From an uncultured Candidatus Poseidoniales archaeon (GTDB lineage: Archaea; Thermoplasmatota; Poseidoniia; Poseidoniales; Thalassarchaeaceae): a DNA stretch of 60,726 nt. The stretch is taken from NCBI GenBank assembly GCA_902514485.1, contig CABXQY010000001.1, forward strand, positions 1-60,726, read 5' to 3'. The notes beneath the pieces are model-generated. The model did not search any database and was not told the DNA's origin. It saw nothing but the letters and a program-made list of their open reading frames with translations. Position 1 is the stretch's first letter. Every line of letters starts with the position of its first letter. The translations under genes and the position numbers were made by a program. Positions 1-7,723 of this stretch are shown piece after piece.

Positions 1-1
1 T

Positions 2-256
2 GATTGGTCAGTAGATCAAGAACTTTTATTGAAATCTCTTAAAATTAGAGGCGAACAAATGAGACCTAGGATTGGTGCAATAGGTTCAACATTGAAATGG
101 AAGGCTTTCAAAAAAGCCGCAATAAACTATGGCGTTAATGAAGAATGGTTCAATTCAGCAAGATGCCCCATAGGAATAGACATAGGTGCAGAAACACCGG
201 AAGAAATTGGATTAGCTGTGTGTGCAGAAATATTACTACTAGAGAAAAAAGCATAG
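2..256 (+). CDS. XdhC/CoxI-family molybdoenzyme maturation factor, C-terminal fragment (5' end lies outside the window)
   Basis: The frame is open from the window edge. The tail CPIGIDIGAETPEEIGLAVCAEILLLE matches the conserved XdhC C-terminal block (PIGLDIGA.TPEEIA.SI.AEI). It lies 2 kb upstream of a molybdoenzyme operon. Confidence 0.7.
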   Translation, partial: DWSVDQELLLKSLKIRGEQMRPRIGAIGSTLKWKAFKKAAINYGVNEEWFNSARCPIGIDIGAETPEEIGLAVCAEILLLEKKA

Positions 257-296
257 ATACGGAGAACTGAAAAAGAAGTAATCTCTCGGTCATATA

Positions 297-1511
297 ATGA
301 AGAATCTGACCGTGGCTCTTGTGTTAGTAATGACACTCGCATCATTTAGTGGATGTTTGGCTAACGAAGTTGAAAAGGACGATGTTATTGAAACAGAAAA
401 TGACTTCAGAACTTATTCGATCGTCGCACCAGTTGATACTGGAATTAATGTATATCATGACCATTTCAGAACAAATGAAACTTATCCACAATGGCTGTTA
501 GAAGGATTAGGAGTAACAATGACCTGTGAACTAACATTTGTAGGAAGTTGGCAAGAAAGATATGATGCAGATAAGGAATCATGTTGGGACATCATAAATT
601 CAACAGATATCGTATATTTCCCAGGTACAAAAATAATAGGCACTACACCAGATGATGAAACCGACATACCGATACTTGATGACCCCTCAGATGGGCATGG
701 TTCAGCGGTCACTGGGGCTGTTTTAAATGCTAATCCGGATGCCATAATATTCTTTGTCGAGGGATTCAGTGATGCTGCAGTATTAGCTGCAGCAAATCAA
801 CCATTAGTAGACATAATAACGACAAGTTTCGGACCTATTGGTTCAATACCTGTGCCAGGTATTGAAGATGCAACAAAAGTTGCAGTAGTACAAGAAAAGA
901 AAATTCATACTGGTGCGGCTGATAATTCCCCTTCACCAGCAGTTCAAGATTCTACAGCAGGCCCTCCTTGGAGCATAGGGGTTTCAGGATATGCTGAAGA
1001 AGGTGATGATCAGAAAGAAACTATGAGTGGTTCATATCCCGATATTGCAGCAGATTGGACCCAAGTATTACCAAATCATGATGACATTGATGGTTATCAT
1101 GAAACTAGTGGCACCTCTTTTGCAACCCCGAGGACAGCAGGGCTTCTATCAAAAATTATCCAACAACTTAGAACTGAATCTGAAGATTATTCATCAGGCG
1201 CTAGCCCAGATACAAGAGGTGGTTTCTTAGTAAATGGAAACGACCTAAATATCTCACAGGCACAAATAAGAGACGCACTGAATCTTTCTGCTTGGTATCC
1301 CTCATTCAGCACATGGGACCCCTTGTCAGGAACGACTCCAGTGTCTCCGGTAGCCCCTTGTACACAACTTGGATGGGGAGTTGTTAACGAATCAAATGTA
1401 CAGCCAATTATTAATCATCTTAATGGTATTAGTATTCAGCCAAATAGACCTTCTGATGTAACTACATGTATGGAAACAAATCAACAGATTAGAGAATCTT
1501 ACTGGAATTAA
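297..1511 (+). CDS. Secreted subtilisin-like serine protease (peptidase S8), probable lipoprotein
   Basis: Catalytic triad blocks are present: Asp (VAPVDTGINVYH), His (HGSAVTGAV) and Ser (SGTSFATPRTAGLLSKI). The N-terminal signal carries a lipobox-like FSGC. Confidence 0.85.
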   Translation: MKNLTVALVLVMTLASFSGCLANEVEKDDVIETENDFRTYSIVAPVDTGINVYHDHFRTNETYPQWLLEGLGVTMTCELTFVGSWQERYDADKESCWDIINSTDIVYFPGTKIIGTTPDDETDIPILDDPSDGHGSAVTGAVLNANPDAIIFFVEGFSDAAVLAAANQPLVDIITTSFGPIGSIPVPGIEDATKVAVVQEKKIHTGAADNSPSPAVQDSTAGPPWSIGVSGYAEEGDDQKETMSGSYPDIAADWTQVLPNHDDIDGYHETSGTSFATPRTAGLLSKIIQQLRTESEDYSSGASPDTRGGFLVNGNDLNISQAQIRDALNLSAWYPSFSTWDPLSGTTPVSPVAPCTQLGWGVVNESNVQPIINHLNGISIQPNRPSDVTTCMETNQQIRESYWN

Positions 1512-1555
1512 ACAGTATCGGCGGATTCAATAAGAAAGAAGCATAGCGCACCATT

Positions 1556-2206
1556 ATGCGCAAGGTTGTCCTAAGATGGAAGACTAGTTCTTTACGCGGC
1601 GCACAGGGGATTTCAGAAATTTTAAAAATTTGTGAAAGAATAGAAATTTTAGGGCATCTTTCAATTACTAAACAGGGAGTAACACAATTAGCCGAAATTA
1701 AATTGAAAGATGGTAAAAAAGTTGAAGAATTCAATAATTTAGATAATTTCGAAGTAATTAAAGTTCACGAAGAAAATGAAGACGGTGTTTTAGTCAGTCT
1801 TTTTTGTAATCATAACTTGGCAGTTTCTGCAATTGAATTGTCCAATATTCATATCCATCCGCCTTATGGTATTTCTGAAAAAAATGGGATGGAAATGAGA
1901 ATTTCTGGACTATCAAACTCAGTTAGAAGATTTATTCAACTAATTAGAATTGTTTTACCTCCTGATAATATATCAGTGCAAACATTTCAAAAGGAAAATA
2001 ATGATAATGTATGGAAAACTCTTCTTACTGAAAGACAAGTTGAAGTTTTATCCCATGCCATAAGGAAAGGGTTCTACAGTATGGATAGAAATGTGACTCT
2101 AAAACAACTTGCAGATGAGATGCAAATGGCTAGAAGTACGTATGGGGAACATATACGAAGAGCAGAAGTTGAAATAATGAATAAAATATTCAATGATCTG
2201 AACTAA
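1556..2206 (+). CDS. HTH_10 (bacterio-opsin-activator-type HTH) transcriptional regulator
   Basis: The C-terminal block LTERQVEVLSHAIRKGFYSMDRNVTLKQLADEMQMARSTYGEHIRRAEVEIMNKIF is the typical archaeal HTH_10 motif. The true start may lie downstream of the ORF-track start. Confidence 0.7.
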   Translation: MRKVVLRWKTSSLRGAQGISEILKICERIEILGHLSITKQGVTQLAEIKLKDGKKVEEFNNLDNFEVIKVHEENEDGVLVSLFCNHNLAVSAIELSNIHIHPPYGISEKNGMEMRISGLSNSVRRFIQLIRIVLPPDNISVQTFQKENNDNVWKTLLTERQVEVLSHAIRKGFYSMDRNVTLKQLADEMQMARSTYGEHIRRAEVEIMNKIFNDLN

Positions 2207-2234
2207 GTCAGAAAGCCTTGAACCGAATACTAAA

Positions 2235-2831
2235 ATGGAAACCCCTTTTGGTAACGTTGTTAGCATGAGTGTCATACGTCTTCCAATGCTCCCTGGGTCT
2301 GAAAAAATACCTTGGGAAGCAACCATAAATGGCAAACTAATTTCCAAACCAATTGAAAGCAATTCAATACTTCTAGATGTTTTGAGAGATCAAGTCGGAA
2401 CTCTTGGTGTAAAAAGAGGATGTGACATGGGAACCTGCGGTTGTTGTTCAGTATTAATTGATGGAAAACCAAAACTTTCATGCCTTGTTCTAGCTCAAGA
2501 AGCCATTGACTGTGATATTACAACAGTTGAAGGATTAGCAGATGGCCATCACCTTCATCCTATTCAAGAAATGTTTGGAGAATATGGAGGGAGTCAATGT
2601 GGATTTTGTACACCAGGATTTTTAGTGGTAATTTCTGCTCTATTGGAAGAAAATCCATCTCCTAACGATTCCGAAATTAAAACTGCAATTGAAGGAAATC
2701 TGTGTAGATGTACTGGATATCAACAAATTGTCGACTCAGTGAGAGCGGCAAGCGAATTACTAAACTCAGGAAAAAATATCAATAATTCTACAGAACCTAA
2801 GAGTAATCCTAATCCAGGATTTGATGAATGA
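2235..2831 (+). CDS. [2Fe-2S]-binding small subunit of a xanthine-oxidase-family molybdoenzyme (CoxS/HcrC-like)
   Basis: Two 2Fe-2S Cys clusters are present: GCDMGTCGCCSVLIDGKPKLSC and CGFCTPGF...NLCRCTGY. The true start is possibly Met18 (nt 2286). Confidence 0.9.
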   Translation: METPFGNVVSMSVIRLPMLPGSEKIPWEATINGKLISKPIESNSILLDVLRDQVGTLGVKRGCDMGTCGCCSVLIDGKPKLSCLVLAQEAIDCDITTVEGLADGHHLHPIQEMFGEYGGSQCGFCTPGFLVVISALLEENPSPNDSEIKTAIEGNLCRCTGYQQIVDSVRAASELLNSGKNINNSTEPKSNPNPGFDE

Positions 2832-2840
2832 GGAATTTTT

Positions 2841-5618
2841 ATGAGTGAAAAAGAAAAGAAAGAGATGGTTGGTTATAGACAACAACCAGGTAAAATCTCT
2901 TTCTCAAGACCTGGTTCTGGCGGAAAAGGTCCCTTCAGCGAGCCTCGAGATGAAGAAATGATTCCTGAAAGCCAAGGAGGAAAAAAGGAGCAACCTTGGG
3001 GAGACCATAGACATGATAAATTGATTACTGGAAGAATAGTAGGTAAACCAACTTCACTTGTCGATAGTAAATGGAAAGTAACAGGTAGAGCAAAGTATGG
3101 CGATGACATAAGATTACCAAATGAATTGATAGGTAAAATAGTTAGGTCACCCCATCATTATGCAAGAGTATTATCTATTGATTTATCTAAGGCATTAGAA
3201 TTACCAGGAGTAGTATCTATAGCAACTGGAGATGATGCAAGTAACAAGTTCGGCGTTCTTCCGGTGACTAAGGATGAGCACGCTATGGCAGTAGAGAGAG
3301 TGAGACATATCGGGGATTTAGTCGCCTGTGTCGCAGCAGAAGATGAAGCCACTGCTTTGGAAGCAGTTCGATTAATTAATGTAGAATATGAAATTTTAGA
3401 ATCAATACATGACATGAAAGATGGTCTGAAAGACTCAAAAGATCCAATTCACGATAGAGGAGAATATCATATTGGTGAAGCAAATGTTCAAAAAAGAGTT
3501 TTTCAAGAATTTGGAAATATAGAATCAATGCAAGAAAATGCAGTTGTTAGCCATAAAAATAATTGGTTTTTTAATGGAGTAAATCATGCTGCTACGGAAC
3601 CACATGCAGTGGTTGCTGATTGGGACCCCTCTGGTAGATTGACACTATACACACCACAACAAGTACCTCATTATGTACACAGAGCATTAGCAGACGTACT
3701 AGAGATACCAATGCATCAGATAAATGTCCATAGGACATTCGTAGGTGGAGGTTTTGGAGGTAAGTCAGACCCATTTCCACATGAAATGTGCGCTTCAATA
3801 TTAGCTAGAAAATCTGGTAGACCTGTACGAATTACATTTGACCGAGAAGAAGTATATTGGATAAATCGGGGAAGACACCCCTCCCATATCGAAATGAATC
3901 TGCATGCAGATAAACAAGGTAGACTCTGCGGTATTGAGACTGACGCCCTTATTGACGGAGGAGCTTTTGCCTCCTTTGGTCACGTTACTACTTACTATAA
4001 TGGAGTACTACATACAGCACCTTATGAAATAGGAGCATTTCATTATACAGGAGCAAGAGTGTGGACAAACAAGCCAGCAAGTGGAGCAATGAGAGGCCAT
4101 GGAGCTGTAAATTCTAGGTGCGCGGTTGAGGTAGGAATAGATGATATATCTGAGAAACTACAAGTAGATCCCATTTCATTTAGACTTGCGAACCTGCTCC
4201 CACCAAATTCTGCTACGATAACTGGTTTTAGAGTAACAAGTATAGGCATGAGAGAGTGTTTAGAAAGAGTAATGGAAGAATCTGGTTGGAAAGAAAAATT
4301 TAGAAAAATGCCTCTAGGACATGGTATTGGCATAGGCTGTGGATTCTTCATTTCCGGAAGTGGTTTGCCTATTCACTGGGACCCAAATAAATTCCCTCAT
4401 GCAACCGTGCATCTGAAAATTGATATGGATGGTGGAGTAACAGTTCACACAGGTGCTGCAGATATTGGCCAAGGGTCAGATACTGTAGTGGCCCAATCAG
4501 TTGCAGAAGTACTTGGATTACCACTTGATATGATTAGAATAAAATCTAGAGAAACAGATACATCTCCTGTAGATTTAGGGTCATATTCTTCGAGAGTTAC
4601 TTTCATGAATGCAAACGCGGCAATATCTGCAGCAATGAAAATCAGAGAAGATTTACTTAATGCGACTTCAGAAATTACTGACGCACCTGTAGAAAAATTA
4701 GTAATCGGTGATAGAAGAATTTTCAGAAAAGATGACCCAGCAGTGGGCGTATCATATCTAGAAGCATTGCATAAGGCACAAGAAGAGAGAGGAGCATTAG
4801 TTGCATCGGGAGCATATAGAACTCCACCAATGGGTAGAGCACACAAAGGTGCAGCGGCAGGATTAGCACCCGCTTATTCATTTTCTGCTTATGTCGCAGA
4901 AGTGAAAGTTGATGTAGAAACTGGGCAGACGAAAGTTGAGAAAGTCTGGGCGGCTCATGATTGCGGTAAAGCATTGAATCCACTTGCAGTTAAGGGGCAA
5001 ATAATAGGTTCTTGTCATATGGGTATGGGACAGGTTTTGTCTGAAGAAATGCGATATGGTAGAACTGGTAATTTAATGAATACCGACCTTCTAGATTACA
5101 AAATTCCAAGTATACATGAAATGCCAGAAGTGACTCCAATAATTGTGGAGTCAAATGACCCAGAAGGACCATTCGGAGCAAAAGAAGCGGGTGAAGGACC
5201 ACTCTTACCAATTTTACCAGCAGTTTGTAATGCGGTTTATGACGCAATAGGTGTCAGAAGTAATGAACTACCTATAACTCCCGATAGACTATACAAAGAT
5301 ATTGAGAAGAAATGTAGGGAATTAAAAATCGAGGAACCTATTGATCTTCCTTCTCCTCGCTTAGAAACTTCAAAATTACAAAAAACTCTAGAGAAGAGAG
5401 CAGAACAACACTCAGTAAGAGACAAGGAAAGAAGACTGAAATCCGATATCAAACCTTATCACAACGGAGCGTTATTTGGAATGGACCCAACAATCCCTCC
5501 GGATGAGGTTGATGAATCTTGGAAAGTCACTGTAATTCCATCAAAGAAATATTTGGAAACACCTCGTTTAGCAGGAAGTGCGTGGTTGCATACAGAAAGA
5601 AGGAAAAGAGGTGAATGA
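2841..5618 (+). CDS. Molybdopterin-binding large subunit, xanthine oxidase/aldehyde oxidoreductase family (CoxL/HcrA-like), with N- and C-terminal extensions
   Basis: Conserved blocks seen: VGGGFGGK, ASGAMRGHGAVN and FGAKEAGEGPLLPILPAVCNAVYDAIG. The AYxCSFR loop of true CO dehydrogenases is absent. Confidence 0.9.
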   Translation: MSEKEKKEMVGYRQQPGKISFSRPGSGGKGPFSEPRDEEMIPESQGGKKEQPWGDHRHDKLITGRIVGKPTSLVDSKWKVTGRAKYGDDIRLPNELIGKIVRSPHHYARVLSIDLSKALELPGVVSIATGDDASNKFGVLPVTKDEHAMAVERVRHIGDLVACVAAEDEATALEAVRLINVEYEILESIHDMKDGLKDSKDPIHDRGEYHIGEANVQKRVFQEFGNIESMQENAVVSHKNNWFFNGVNHAATEPHAVVADWDPSGRLTLYTPQQVPHYVHRALADVLEIPMHQINVHRTFVGGGFGGKSDPFPHEMCASILARKSGRPVRITFDREEVYWINRGRHPSHIEMNLHADKQGRLCGIETDALIDGGAFASFGHVTTYYNGVLHTAPYEIGAFHYTGARVWTNKPASGAMRGHGAVNSRCAVEVGIDDISEKLQVDPISFRLANLLPPNSATITGFRVTSIGMRECLERVMEESGWKEKFRKMPLGHGIGIGCGFFISGSGLPIHWDPNKFPHATVHLKIDMDGGVTVHTGAADIGQGSDTVVAQSVAEVLGLPLDMIRIKSRETDTSPVDLGSYSSRVTFMNANAAISAAMKIREDLLNATSEITDAPVEKLVIGDRRIFRKDDPAVGVSYLEALHKAQEERGALVASGAYRTPPMGRAHKGAAAGLAPAYSFSAYVAEVKVDVETGQTKVEKVWAAHDCGKALNPLAVKGQIIGSCHMGMGQVLSEEMRYGRTGNLMNTDLLDYKIPSIHEMPEVTPIIVESNDPEGPFGAKEAGEGPLLPILPAVCNAVYDAIGVRSNELPITPDRLYKDIEKKCRELKIEEPIDLPSPRLETSKLQKTLEKRAEQHSVRDKERRLKSDIKPYHNGALFGMDPTIPPDEVDESWKVTVIPSKKYLETPRLAGSAWLHTERRKRGE

Positions 5619-5619
5619 A

Positions 5620-6600
5620 ATGAAAATGCCTCCATTCAACTTACATATACCAACCAGTATAGACGAAGCAATAGAAATTGCTAAAGATTTAGACTCTAAT
5701 GGAGATGAATTTGATTGGGTCGCAGGAGGTACTGATTTACTTCCAAACTATAAATGGCACCTAAATTCAAAGAAGAATGTAATTTCATTGGCTAAGATTT
5801 CACAGTTAACTGAACTATCTGAAACGCACATTGGAGCAATGGTGAGACTGCAAGATTTAGCGGATTCAGAACTAACTCATCCCGTTCTTGTAAAATCAGC
5901 TAATTCAATAGCCAGTATCATGATTAGACGATCAGGAACAGTAGGTGGGAATATTTGTTTGGATACTCGCTGTTACTGGTATAATCAAACCGAAGATTGG
6001 AGAGAATCAATAGATTGGTGCCATAAATGTGACTGTGGAACGGGAGCAGATTGTAGAGTTATACCCAATCAAAATACATTATGCGTAGCCACGTATCAAG
6101 CAGATCTAGCGCCGGTACTGATGTGTATGGGAGCCAGAGTACACTTGATATCTATATCAGGAAAGAGAGAGATGTTATTGAATGACTTTTTTGAATTAGA
6201 TGGGATGAAAAAGAATAAATTATTGCCTGGAGAATTACTTACTCATATAACCTTACCAGAAGAAACTTTGCAATGGAATGGAGATTATCAAAAATTACGT
6301 CAACGCGAATCTTGGGATTTCCCGGAAGCAGGTGTTGCAGTTCTTTGGAAGAAAGATGGTGAAAACCTTAAGCAATTAAGAGTAGCAACCACAGGTTTAG
6401 AATCAATACCTGGATATCATGAAGATATATCTTCTGAATTAGTCAAAGATTGGAATGGAAGGGAGAGTATCAAACTTCTATCAGAACAAATCAGAAAGGC
6501 AGTGAAACCTGTCCAAAATACATGGTATACCCCATCATATAGAAGAAAAATGGTGAAGGTATTAACAAAGAGAGCCTGTAAGGGATTATTAGGTGAGTGA
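5620..6600 (+). CDS. FAD-binding medium subunit (CoxM/HcrB-like) carrying a Cys-rich insertion
   Basis: FAD-binding blocks AGGTDLLP and GTVGGNI are present. I chose ATG 5620, which has an upstream AGGAAAAGAGGTGA; the ORF track starts at 5578. A roughly 40-aa insert with 7 Cys separates GGNI from the YQADLAPVL block. Confidence 0.85.
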   Translation: MKMPPFNLHIPTSIDEAIEIAKDLDSNGDEFDWVAGGTDLLPNYKWHLNSKKNVISLAKISQLTELSETHIGAMVRLQDLADSELTHPVLVKSANSIASIMIRRSGTVGGNICLDTRCYWYNQTEDWRESIDWCHKCDCGTGADCRVIPNQNTLCVATYQADLAPVLMCMGARVHLISISGKREMLLNDFFELDGMKKNKLLPGELLTHITLPEETLQWNGDYQKLRQRESWDFPEAGVAVLWKKDGENLKQLRVATTGLESIPGYHEDISSELVKDWNGRESIKLLSEQIRKAVKPVQNTWYTPSYRRKMVKVLTKRACKGLLGE

Positions 6601-6601
6601 G

Positions 6602-7558
6602 ATGAGGAAATTTGTTTATTTTGTTGTGCTTATATTTTTATTTTCCAATTCTGCTATGCTTACCTATGCACAGGAACCAGAGTTAGGTAATTGGGAGCTA
6701 GGGATAAAATATATCGCAGACGATGAAGGTAAAGCATTTGTTCTAAATGAAAATGGAGAACGAGTAATACAATTCTATGTCCATAATACTGAAATGTTTG
6801 AAGTTGAAATAAGTTTTGAATATGAGCTGCCTTTTGAAGGACTTGCGAATGGACCAGAATCAGAAAAAATACAGGCAGGAGATAATGAAACATTCAACCT
6901 CCTTATAGAGGATATAGATGTTTTCGATTTTGCAGCCATGTCTAAGGAAGAAATGAAAATTACAGCGACTTTAGTATCAAGGGCTGGGATCGCAGTGGTT
7001 ATTCCTGAAAATCAAGAGGCAGTAGCAGATATTGAGATTCCGACAATACATTCAATCACAGTAGATATAGCAGATCCTGCGGGAGCAATGAACGCTGGGA
7101 CCGATATGGTCCTGAGAGTTACTGTGACTAATGATGGAAATATAAAAGATAAAGTCGGAGAAATTGATTTGTCAGATAATTGTCCATTAATGACATTAGA
7201 TAATGGATTAGATAAGTTACTTGTAACAGATCTTGAGATAGGGCAATCGGCAAATGCAGACTTGAAAATAACTGCATCAGATAGTCATCCAAGGAAGAAT
7301 TGTAAATTAGAGGTCGTAATATACTCTAATGGGGCGATGAATACAGGGAACTCAAGAATATCAGAGGATGAAACCTCAATTACTGTGGAACCTCCACTTG
7401 CTAAACCTGTAGATGATCAAGATGATGATGATGATGAAGGCAGTGTTTCAGAAGTGGTAGATTCTAGTCTTCCGGCTCCAGGAATAGGTATAATTCTACT
7501 ATCTTCAATCATGGCTCTATTTTATGCAGGAATAAATAGTAAGAAAAGATACAATTAA
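6602..7558 (+). CDS. Secreted acidic protein with a C-terminal membrane anchor; function unknown (CARDB-like beta domain is possible)
   Basis: Signal peptide MRKFVYFVVLIFLFSNSAMLTYAQE. It has a poly-Asp linker (DDQDDDDDEG) followed by PAPGIGIILLSSIMALFYAGINSKKRYN. The ATG lies 1 nt after the stop of the preceding gene. Confidence 0.55.
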   Translation: MRKFVYFVVLIFLFSNSAMLTYAQEPELGNWELGIKYIADDEGKAFVLNENGERVIQFYVHNTEMFEVEISFEYELPFEGLANGPESEKIQAGDNETFNLLIEDIDVFDFAAMSKEEMKITATLVSRAGIAVVIPENQEAVADIEIPTIHSITVDIADPAGAMNAGTDMVLRVTVTNDGNIKDKVGEIDLSDNCPLMTLDNGLDKLLVTDLEIGQSANADLKITASDSHPRKNCKLEVVIYSNGAMNTGNSRISEDETSITVEPPLAKPVDDQDDDDDEGSVSEVVDSSLPAPGIGIILLSSIMALFYAGINSKKRYN

Positions 7559-7723
7559 TCTAAAAAATGAGTCACTATAGCAGTGCTAAAAATACACTTC
7601 GGATAATATAAACAAGTTGTTGACCTGAACTAATGGCAGCAACATATAACTGTCATTCATCAGTGGGTTGAGTTACTGTCAGCGTTTGCTATGTTCTATA
7701 TTAGAAAAAAGGATTGATTTATT

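Noticed and set aside
4445-4846. 133-aa minus-strand ORF, and several other 60-130-aa ORFs inside 2841-5618, 11782-12144 and 18099-18547
   Set aside because: All lie antisense or out of frame within genes that have strong family motifs. None has a recognisable motif or an upstream RBS.
2235-6600. Annotation of the three-subunit molybdoenzyme as aerobic carbon monoxide dehydrogenase (coxSLM)
   Set aside because: The large subunit lacks the CODH active-site loop (AYxCSFR, or even the AYRGAGR of form II) and has GAMRGHG instead. The gene order is S-L-M rather than M-S-L. The medium subunit has the Fe-S-type insertion. I therefore kept only the family-level call.
7559-7723. Possible small RNA or C/D-box sRNA in the spacer upstream of the MoxR module (repeated ACTGTCA words)
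   Set aside because: I found no C box (RUGAUGA) / D box (CUGA) pairing or stable hairpin by eye. The two 7-nt words could be chance.
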